From Chloroflexota bacterium (GTDB taxonomy: Bacteria; Chloroflexota; UBA11872; VXOZ01): DNA of 64,000 nucleotides. Of this stretch, positions 19,413 through 27,179 are shown piece by piece. The stretch is from assembly GCA_963663275.1 (NCBI GenBank), contig OY760183.1, forward strand, positions 3,072,001 to 3,136,000, written 5' to 3'. The stretch's first letter is position 1. Each line of letters opens with the position of its first letter. Below the pieces are notes generated by a model. That model was not told where the DNA came from. It worked only from the letters and a program-made list of their open reading frames with translations, and made no database searches. The position numbers and the translations under genes were made by a program.

Positions 19413-20576
19413 ATGATGGCGCAATACCACGACGCAGAATCAGGCATCAGCTTGGACAACGAGTTCGAGTGCGCCAGTGCGCGGGCGTTCAGCAAGCTCG
19501 GCCCCGGGCATTACCAGGTCGAGTTGCTCATCGAAAACTACAGCCCGGACTACCCGGTCGTCTGGGAGTACATGTTCTGCTTCCGGGTGCGGTCGCAGTC
19601 AGACCAAGCGCAAACGGTGACGTTTCGCGTCATGCAGGGGCGCGGCGGCATCAGCTACTTGGACGGGCCGCACTTCACAAAGCGCAATGGCAAGTGGGAC
19701 CTGGTGCCCCGCTGCCAGACGGAAATGAGCAAAGACTACGTCGAAGTCACGCTCGACGTGGCAGCAGGCGACGAGTTTCTGCTCGGCAACCATCCGTTCC
19801 CTACTCCTGCAGAGGTGGAGTCCGCGATGCACGCCACCGCGGCAGCGTTGGACGACTTTTCTGTGCGCGAATACGGACGCACACCGGAGGATCGTCCGCT
19901 TCTGGCGCTGGAGAGCCAGCCCCGCGACAAGACCGTTATCGTCTTCACCACCATGCAACCGGCCGAGCCGGGCGACGTGCCTATCCTATTCCTGGCTCAT
20001 TGGCTCAGCAGCCGATCGGCAGAGGCGGAGAGACTACTGGCAGAGTACCAGTTCTGCCTCATGCCAATGACGAACCCGGATGGGGCCGTACACGGTCATT
20101 CGGTAACCAACGCCGCCGGCGAGGTGCCGCGCTGCCACTTCGAGGACGCCAAATTGGGTAAGGACGTTCCCGCCGAGGCCGCCGTCATTTGGAAATACGT
20201 GGCGGAAAAGAAACCCACCATGTTCATCGAATTTCACATTCATTACCTCGTACACGCCCCGCACAAGCTAGTTGGCGTCCACGTAAACGAGCCCTCGGAT
20301 GAACGGGGTGTCGTTGCCCTGCCTGCGGCTACGGTCCTCTGGGGCGAAATGCTCAAACTCAACAGCCACTGGCGGGCGCGTCTCATCGAGGCCGAGAGCG
20401 AGACGTTCCGCAATGCCTTGGACGGAACGCTGGCGCGGGACTTCGGCACTCTTGCTTATGTCTATCAAATCTACGCTCCCACCGTGGAGGCCGCCTGCGC
20501 TCATGCCGTGGACGTGGTGCGCGCGACGGTGAACGGAGCGCAAGCAGCCGCCGCGCTCAATCTTCGCAACGCCTGA
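19413..20576 (+). CDS. M14 zinc-carboxypeptidase-fold protein with an atypical active site
   Basis: YGRTPEDRPL, PMTNPDG, IEFH; HxxE position reads QPAE; start after GGAGG. Confidence 0.7.
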   Translation: MMAQYHDAESGISLDNEFECASARAFSKLGPGHYQVELLIENYSPDYPVVWEYMFCFRVRSQSDQAQTVTFRVMQGRGGISYLDGPHFTKRNGKWDLVPRCQTEMSKDYVEVTLDVAAGDEFLLGNHPFPTPAEVESAMHATAAALDDFSVREYGRTPEDRPLLALESQPRDKTVIVFTTMQPAEPGDVPILFLAHWLSSRSAEAERLLAEYQFCLMPMTNPDGAVHGHSVTNAAGEVPRCHFEDAKLGKDVPAEAAVIWKYVAEKKPTMFIEFHIHYLVHAPHKLVGVHVNEPSDERGVVALPAATVLWGEMLKLNSHWRARLIEAESETFRNALDGTLARDFGTLAYVYQIYAPTVEAACAHAVDVVRATVNGAQAAAALNLRNA

Positions 20577-20833
20577 ACCCGTGTTGTGACAATTCTGGCA
20601 TTAAGGGTGAGTTTTTTGCCTTTAAGTATAGACAGGCATGTCTCCCTGATGTAGCCTACAAGCAAGCGGTGATAGGAACGGCAGAGAGCGGGGAACGCGG
20701 GGCAACACCGCATCCTGCCCTGCAAACGGAGTGTGCAGGCAAGATCCAGAAGGAGGTGCAGAAGACAACAGCATCGTTCCGTATTCCCCATTCCCGGTTA
20801 CAGCAGTGATACGACAGAGAAAGGACGAAGAGA

Positions 20834-22270
20834 ATGGTAATTCGCAATCGTCATCTCACCCGTAGGAGTGTCCTTGCCGGTCTTGCCGGGTCGCTGAGCA
20901 TCGTAGCGGCTGCCGCGTGCGCACAGGGAGTCGCGACAGAGATGCCGGCGGAAGAAGAGAAGCCTGCCGAGGAGCCCAAGCAGGCCGAAGAAGCGCCCGC
21001 GATGGAGATGGTAACGGTGCGCGCCGGTTGGATTTCCAACGATGCCGCGGTGATCGAGCCATTCTACGGCGATCTGCTCGTCGCCAGCTTCGAAGAGGCT
21101 CATCCGAACATCAAGGTGGAGTGGGAAGGCGCGCCGGCCAGAGAACACCATGCCAAACTCGCGACCCAGTTGGCGGCCAACGAAGCGCCGGACGTGTTCC
21201 ATAGCGACGGCGTCCGCTATGCGCTCTTCCGCGATTCCGGTTACATCAACGACCTCGCGCCCTTCTTGAAGCGGGACGCCGGTACGCTGCAAGGCGTAAT
21301 CGGCCCGGAATTCTTCCGCGATCCCGACGGCAGCACGTGGGGTATTTCCAGCAGCATCGGCGGCGTCGCCACGGCCTTCAACACGGCGCACTTCGATAAA
21401 TTTGGTGTCAACCGGCTGCCGGAGAACGGCATAAACTGGAATCCCACCGACGGCGGGGAGTTCCTGGAAATAGCCCAAGAACTCACCCAGCGCGGCAGCA
21501 CCGAGGCGGACCCGGTGTGGGGCTTCTTCAACAACAAGCAGATTACGGGCGACGTGCTGAGCCTGCTGGTGCAAAACGGCACGAATTTCCTCACTGACGA
21601 CTACCGCCGTTCGCGCATCCACGAGCCGGAATTCATGGAAGTGGTGGAATTTCTGCACAACCTGGAGTTCAAGTGGCAAGTATCGCCCAACCCCGACCAA
21701 GTAGCGCTGTTGCGCGAGGCCATACCTGAAGGGCAGACCTACCACGCGCCGTTTGCATTTCAGCGGACGGCGATGATGAACCTGCTCATGGGCCAGTCCG
21801 GCCGCTGGGGCGGCCCTGATCCGGAAAGCTTGCCAATTGTGGCCGTGAAGTTCCTGAACGGGCCCCAGAACGACAAGGTGCCAAGCGGGGGGCGCGTCAT
21901 GGAGCATTGGGGCAGTTCACAACAGCCCGATGAAGCCTGGGACCTCATGCGCTTCTTCCTGACCGATCACGAGGTGAATATCGCGACCTTTACTATTCTG
22001 AAGTCCGGTTTGCCGCCCAACACGAACTTCTGGGATGACGAACGCCTCTACGTGAAGGCCGGCCGCCCGCCACGCGAGATCGAGGCCTATATGGCCACGC
22101 TGCGCGAGGGCAAGGGTTACTACTGGCAGGTGAACGGCGTCTGGAGCGCCTGGATTGGGGCATACCGCTCCGGCCAGGCTGCGATATGGGCCGGCGAAGC
22201 CAAGGTAGAGGAGGCCATGCAGCAAGCCAGCAAGGAGGCCCAAGCGGCCTTAGACGAGTATTACGGGTAA
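20834..22270 (+). CDS. ABC solute-binding lipoprotein (family 1, carbohydrate type), paralog 1
   Basis: TRRSVL twin-arginine signal, AAAC lipobox, APDVF. Confidence 0.88.
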   Translation: MVIRNRHLTRRSVLAGLAGSLSIVAAAACAQGVATEMPAEEEKPAEEPKQAEEAPAMEMVTVRAGWISNDAAVIEPFYGDLLVASFEEAHPNIKVEWEGAPAREHHAKLATQLAANEAPDVFHSDGVRYALFRDSGYINDLAPFLKRDAGTLQGVIGPEFFRDPDGSTWGISSSIGGVATAFNTAHFDKFGVNRLPENGINWNPTDGGEFLEIAQELTQRGSTEADPVWGFFNNKQITGDVLSLLVQNGTNFLTDDYRRSRIHEPEFMEVVEFLHNLEFKWQVSPNPDQVALLREAIPEGQTYHAPFAFQRTAMMNLLMGQSGRWGGPDPESLPIVAVKFLNGPQNDKVPSGGRVMEHWGSSQQPDEAWDLMRFFLTDHEVNIATFTILKSGLPPNTNFWDDERLYVKAGRPPREIEAYMATLREGKGYYWQVNGVWSAWIGAYRSGQAAIWAGEAKVEEAMQQASKEAQAALDEYYG

Positions 22271-22320
22271 GGAGAATACGGTTCCGTCGCACCCATCTAA
22301 GCATAGAGACACGCGACTCC

Positions 22321-22357
22321 ATACACGCCGCTTCTCGCTATGAGAAGCGGCGTGTAT
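22321..22357. terminator. Hairpin between convergent genes, probable terminator
   Basis: Perfect 16-bp stem ATACACGCCGCTTCTC / GAGAAGCGGCGTGTAT with a 5-nt loop. Confidence 0.65.
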
Positions 22358-22431
22358 CTCTCTCCGGTCTCAGGGATCCTCATTTCAATGGAACCCAAAG
22401 ATACCCTGTCTTCGCTGCGCTGCAACGCAGG

Positions 22432-23838
22432 CTACGGTACTGCCGCCTGGGCCGCGGCCCCTGCCGCCAAGCGTACGTCCGCCCGGAAGAACAGCGCACC
22501 TGCTTGCCTCTGTTGCTCAGAGAGTTGGCCGCGCGGATCGCAGACCACTACCACGCTCTCCTTGCCCTCCGGTATGCGGAAGGGAACTTCGCAATCCGAC
22601 TCTTCCCGCCCAACAACCAAAGGCACGAGCGCGTGGCCGAGTTGCACGCCGCCGCCTTCATCGAGCGGCCCATCGAAGACCATCACCGCCGCCTCGCGCG
22701 CGTCGATTACGCCTCTATTCGCCAAAGTGACTCGCACACGACCGATCTCTCGCTCTAATGCGGAAACCTCAACGGCGGCAATTTCGAGCTCGCACTCCAC
22801 GCGGTCAACCGCCACGGCGGCGCGCGCGTCGATGAGGCCGTGTCCAAGAAACGGATTCCAGCCGGAACCGGCGGGCTGGTACGCCGTGTTGCGCATCACC
22901 ATCCGCACCTCGTCCGCGGTCAGGCCCGGCTGCCGCGACCACACCAAGGCCGCAAGAGCCGACACGTGCGGAATCGCCATGCAGCCGCCGGACCACTCCA
23001 CGTAGCCGCCGTGCGCGCCGGAAATCGTGCTCAGTGTCCCGTAGGGCGCCTGCGGATGCGCGCCCAGCGCCGCCGCCATCACGCCCTCCTCCGCCAGCGG
23101 CAGGATGCGCCGCCCGGGGTCGTTTTCCAGGTCGTAGGCGCGCCAGCCGGACGGTGCCGCCACCTCGGTCAGGTCGCCGTAGTCGCTGAAGTCCGCCATG
23201 CGGCCGCTATTGTCGGCGGAGGCCACGTTCACCACGCCCGGACAAAGCGCCGGGTACTTGGCCACGTTGTGCGCCTGGTTGCCGCCGGTGGCGTTCACGA
23301 TCAGCACGTTGTGCCGCTGCGCATACAGGCACGCCTCCAGCAGATCCTCGGCGTGCGGCGGCGTCCAGGCGCTGAAGATCGTCGGCAGGCCGTGCTTGAC
23401 GGTGTACATGTAGCCCACGTCGCTCAGGTTGATCACCCGCGCGCCGTTGTCCACCGCAAACCGGATGCCCCGCGCAATCTCCGCATCATCGTACGTATTT
23501 ACCCGCACCGGCAGGATGCGGCACTCCGGCGCGACCCCGGCGATGCCGACGCCGTTATCGGCGCGCGCGGCGATGATGCCGCTGACGTGCGTGCCGTGGT
23601 CGGTAGAATCCTTGTGCTTGCGGGGCCGCGAGGTGTCGTCCAGGCTGTCGTCATCGTCCCACAGGTCCCAACCCGGCAGGAACTGTCCCGCCAGGTCCGG
23701 ATGCCCCACGTCTATGCCCTTCTCGATGACCGCCACCACCACGTCCGGGCTGCCGCGCGTCACCTCCCACGCCGAAGGTGCATTGATGAGTTGCAGCCCC
23801 CACTGGTGGCGAAAGAGCGGATCGTTCAGAGGTACCAT
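22432..23838 (-). CDS. Subtilisin (S8)-fold protein with a Glu-His-Cys triad and a C-terminal CARDB/Ig-like domain
   Basis: VAVIEKGID, DHGTHVSGIIAA, GIAGVAP, VINLS, GGN, YPA, SGGCMAIPHVSALAAL; ATG after GGGAGG. Confidence 0.88.
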   Translation of the reverse strand: MVPLNDPLFRHQWGLQLINAPSAWEVTRGSPDVVVAVIEKGIDVGHPDLAGQFLPGWDLWDDDDSLDDTSRPRKHKDSTDHGTHVSGIIAARADNGVGIAGVAPECRILPVRVNTYDDAEIARGIRFAVDNGARVINLSDVGYMYTVKHGLPTIFSAWTPPHAEDLLEACLYAQRHNVLIVNATGGNQAHNVAKYPALCPGVVNVASADNSGRMADFSDYGDLTEVAAPSGWRAYDLENDPGRRILPLAEEGVMAAALGAHPQAPYGTLSTISGAHGGYVEWSGGCMAIPHVSALAALVWSRQPGLTADEVRMVMRNTAYQPAGSGWNPFLGHGLIDARAAVAVDRVECELEIAAVEVSALEREIGRVRVTLANRGVIDAREAAVMVFDGPLDEGGGVQLGHALVPLVVGREESDCEVPFRIPEGKESVVVVCDPRGQLSEQQRQAGALFFRADVRLAAGAAAQAAVP

Positions 23839-24164
23839 CGTCTCGTTCCTCCCGGCTCCAGGCTCCGCCCGCTTTGCGGGGCGTGCCTCTCCGCCTGTGC
23901 GATACGTATTGCATTCACTATGTAACGCCAACGGCACGATGTCAATTGATGCAAAGGGCCGCTCACTCGGTTGACTTGACTACTAAGCCTCGCATAGTAC
24001 ACTATCAGCAGAGAGGATTGCAGTATTGCAGAATGCCTCGGATTCTCGTATGAAAGGAGGTTGAGGCGCATACAACGGCAATTCTGCGTTAGTGTGGCTG
24101 GCGTACGTCTCTCACTGTACGCTTGGCCGCAAAACCAGACACATTCATCCAGTAGGGGGAAGAG

Positions 24165-25592
24165 ATGACGATTACTCGACGACGCATGTTGGCTGGTACC
24201 GGCGGGGTGCTGGGCGCAATCGCGCTGGCGGCCTGCGGCACAGCCATGCCGGCGGGCGACGGTGACGCGCCGGAGAAGATGGAAGAAGCGCCCAAGGCCG
24301 AAGAACAGAAGCCAATGGAGAAGGTCACCGTATCGGTACGGTGGATTTCCAACGACCTCACCCTGGTCGAGCCGTTCTACGAGAATCTCGTTGTGGCGCG
24401 ATTCTACGAGAACTACGACAACATCGAGCTTGATTGGGTGGGCGACACGTACCGCGACACCATGAGCCAGCTCAATACGCAGTTGGCCGCCGGTGACGCG
24501 CCGGACGTATTCCACAACGACGGCGTGTTCTTTGCACGCAACCGCGATGTTGGCTACATTCGCTCGCTGACCGAGTACACCAAGCGCGATGGCGCACAAC
24601 TCGAGGGCATTCGCGGTCCGGAGTTCTTCAGTGATGAGAAGCAGGACGTGTATGGCGTCTCCATGGGTGTTGGTTGCGCGGCCTTAGCCTACAACACCGA
24701 CATCTTCGACCGCTACGGCATCAACCGCTTGCCGCCTGAAGGCATTGATTGGAATCCGGGCGACGGCGGCACGTTGCTGGAAATTGCCTCCGACATAACT
24801 GCCAAGGGTCAGAACGAAGATCCCAGGATCTGGGGATGGTTCAATAACAAGCAGGCCACTTTCGACATTCTTGGCATGCTGCTTCAAAACGGCACAAACT
24901 TCCTTTCCGATGACTATCGCCGTTCGAGAGCGCACGAGGCAGAGTTCATTGACGTTATCCAGTTCCTGTGGGACTTGGAGTTCAAACATCGGGTCGCGCC
25001 AGATCCCGATGAACGCGCTGAGTTCAACGCTTCGATTCCTGAGGGCACGACGTATCATGGCCCGTTCGCCTGGCAGCGGTCAGCCATGATGAACCTCGGC
25101 CTTGGCCAGTCCGGTTCCTGGGGTTCGCCTGAACCGGAAAAACTGCCGATCGAAGCGGTACAGTACATCCAGGGCCCGGCAAATAACAAGGTGCCCGGTG
25201 GCGGACGCGTAGTCGAGATGTGGGGCAGCACCGAGGTGCCCGACGAGGCCTGGGAAGTGATGAAGTTCCCCTTGGTCGACCATGAGATTCAGGTGGGGGT
25301 CTTCTCGATCCTGCGCGACGGCTTGCCGGCCAACACCAACACGTGGGACGATCCGCGACTGCTTGAGAAGAGTGGTCGACCGCCGCGTGAGGTGGAAGCG
25401 TACATGGCCCCGCTTAGGGAAGGTCGTGGCCAGTATTGGCAAGTTAATGGCGTGTGGCTGGAATGGTGGCGCGCATTCCGTGGCAACATGAACCGCGCTT
25501 GGGCACTAGAGGTCACCGTCGAGGAAGCCATGCAGCAAGCAAGCAAAGAGTCGCAGGCTGTCCTGGACGAGTACTACGCCAGCCAGGACTAG
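24165..25592 (+). CDS. ABC solute-binding lipoprotein (family 1), paralog 2
   Basis: TRRRML signal, LAAC lipobox; colinear similarity to 20834-22270. Confidence 0.88.
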   Translation: MTITRRRMLAGTGGVLGAIALAACGTAMPAGDGDAPEKMEEAPKAEEQKPMEKVTVSVRWISNDLTLVEPFYENLVVARFYENYDNIELDWVGDTYRDTMSQLNTQLAAGDAPDVFHNDGVFFARNRDVGYIRSLTEYTKRDGAQLEGIRGPEFFSDEKQDVYGVSMGVGCAALAYNTDIFDRYGINRLPPEGIDWNPGDGGTLLEIASDITAKGQNEDPRIWGWFNNKQATFDILGMLLQNGTNFLSDDYRRSRAHEAEFIDVIQFLWDLEFKHRVAPDPDERAEFNASIPEGTTYHGPFAWQRSAMMNLGLGQSGSWGSPEPEKLPIEAVQYIQGPANNKVPGGGRVVEMWGSTEVPDEAWEVMKFPLVDHEIQVGVFSILRDGLPANTNTWDDPRLLEKSGRPPREVEAYMAPLREGRGQYWQVNGVWLEWWRAFRGNMNRAWALEVTVEEAMQQASKESQAVLDEYYASQD

Positions 25593-25613
25593 GCTTCTGT
25601 CACTTTGGCGTCA

Positions 25614-25645
25614 AAACGAGGAGGGTCTGCCGGCCCTCCTCGTTT
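25614..25645 (+). terminator. Rho-independent terminator
   Basis: 12-bp stem AAACGAGGAGGG / CCCTCCTCGTTT directly after the stop codon. Confidence 0.65.
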
Positions 25646-25866
25646 CCCGTTGTACTCCTGCCAGGCTTTCATCCACACGTCATTCCGAGCGCAGGGAGGA
25701 ATCCAGGGCGATGGAGCAAGACTCCCTTGCGCATCGCTCCACAGCTTGGCGGCTTGTGCAACGCCGCCTGCGCGCAACATGCCGCAGACGAGCGGCCGCT
25801 GCCGGTGTACACTTAAGCAATGACCGGTCGGAAGTGTCCGCGCTGCGTTAGGAGGTTAGCAGCACC

Positions 25867-26580
25867 GTGACGCCTCTCCTTACCGCACTCATCGCGTTCG
25901 GTGCCGGCATCGCCTCGTTTCTCTCGCCGTGCGTGTTGCCGCTGGTGCCGGCCTACATCGGCCACCTGGCCGGCACGAGTGTGTCGGAAGAGCAAGACGC
26001 CCAGGCAACCATGCGTACGGTCGCCCACGCCGCGTTCTTCGTGCTGGGCTTCTCGGCCGTCTTTGTGCTGCTATGGGCGTCAATCGGCCTTTTGGGCTAT
26101 GCCATTCAGGGATATACCTACTACCTGCGCTACGCCGGCGGGGCGATTCTCGTCGTCTTGGGTCTGCACGTTGCCGGAATATTTCGCCTGCGTTGGCTCA
26201 ATCAGGAGCGGCGCGTCTACGTTGACCGCGGCCGCCCCCGGAACTTTCTCACCTCATGGCTCGTGGGCATAACTTTCGCCGCCGGGTGGACGCCCTGTGT
26301 CGGCCCGATTCTCGCCGGCATCATCGCCCTTGCCTCAACGCGCGACACGGTCGGCCAGGGCTCGCTGCTCCTGGCCCTCTACTCCGCCGGTCTCGGCATC
26401 CCGTTCCTGCTGACGGCCATCGGCCTCTCGCGCGCCGTCCCCATTCTGCGCTGGATGAACCGCCACGCCCACACGGTCGAGGTGGCCAGCGGCGGCCTGC
26501 TCATCGTCATCGGCGTCATGATGTTCATGAACACCTTCGCCCAACTCGCCCGCTACTTCACCTGGATACCGGTGTTCTAG
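25867..26580 (+). CDS. ccdA: Cytochrome c biogenesis CcdA / DsbD transmembrane protein
   Basis: SFLSPCVLPLVPAY, WTPCVGPIL, YSAGLGIPF. Confidence 0.9.
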   Translation: MTPLLTALIAFGAGIASFLSPCVLPLVPAYIGHLAGTSVSEEQDAQATMRTVAHAAFFVLGFSAVFVLLWASIGLLGYAIQGYTYYLRYAGGAILVVLGLHVAGIFRLRWLNQERRVYVDRGRPRNFLTSWLVGITFAAGWTPCVGPILAGIIALASTRDTVGQGSLLLALYSAGLGIPFLLTAIGLSRAVPILRWMNRHAHTVEVASGGLLIVIGVMMFMNTFAQLARYFTWIPVF

Positions 26581-26657
26581 TAATCGACCATTGAGTTTGT
26601 TTTCCAGAAGGTGGTACAGGTCTTTACCAGCAATCAAGAAGTCAACAGGAGCAATGC

Positions 26658-26948
26658 ATGAGCACACGTCCAGTCTTTCACCTAAGACTTGAGAAGACTT
26701 ACTACAATCGAGGATTCTTCAACATAAAGCGCAAGTTCGATCACTACGCAGGAGACGAGGGTCCCGTGACTTTGATACTCCGTGGGGGATGCACGATTGA
26801 GGCACGAGTGAACCGGAGTGCTCAAGGGAATGAAACTGCGCGAATCATGGGCGGACGAAAACTCCGTGACTGGTTTCAGAAGATGTACTCGGAGGGCGAT
26901 ACTGTCCCAGTGCGTTTCGACACGCCACGCCGGTTCTACCTGGGATAA
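26658..26948 (+). CDS. Small hypothetical protein (96 aa), lower GC
   Basis: AGGAG RBS; globular-looking sequence. Confidence 0.6.
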   Translation: MSTRPVFHLRLEKTYYNRGFFNIKRKFDHYAGDEGPVTLILRGGCTIEARVNRSAQGNETARIMGGRKLRDWFQKMYSEGDTVPVRFDTPRRFYLG

Positions 26949-26987
26949 CCAAACGCCACAGATGCTGCGCTGTGTGGACAAGAGCAT

Positions 26988-27061
26988 GTCATTCCGAGCG
27001 CAGCGAGGAATCTAGAATGCACGCATACTAGATTCTTCGTCGCTGCGCTCCTCAGAATGAC
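26988..27061. repeat. REP-like doublet GTCATTCCGAGCG..GGAATCT / AGATTC..GAATGAC
   Basis: Same doublet lies inside the MITEs at 10055, 39512, 46613, 53558, 55855; half copy at 25679. Confidence 0.8.
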
Positions 27062-27179
27062 AGTTGTGATACCGTCAATTGACTGCCAGAGTGTCTCGCG
27101 GCGCACATTAAAAGGGACAACGCGGGGCATGAAACCCCGCGCTCTTTAACCTTCGCCTTCTTCTCCCGCGCCCATCAGG

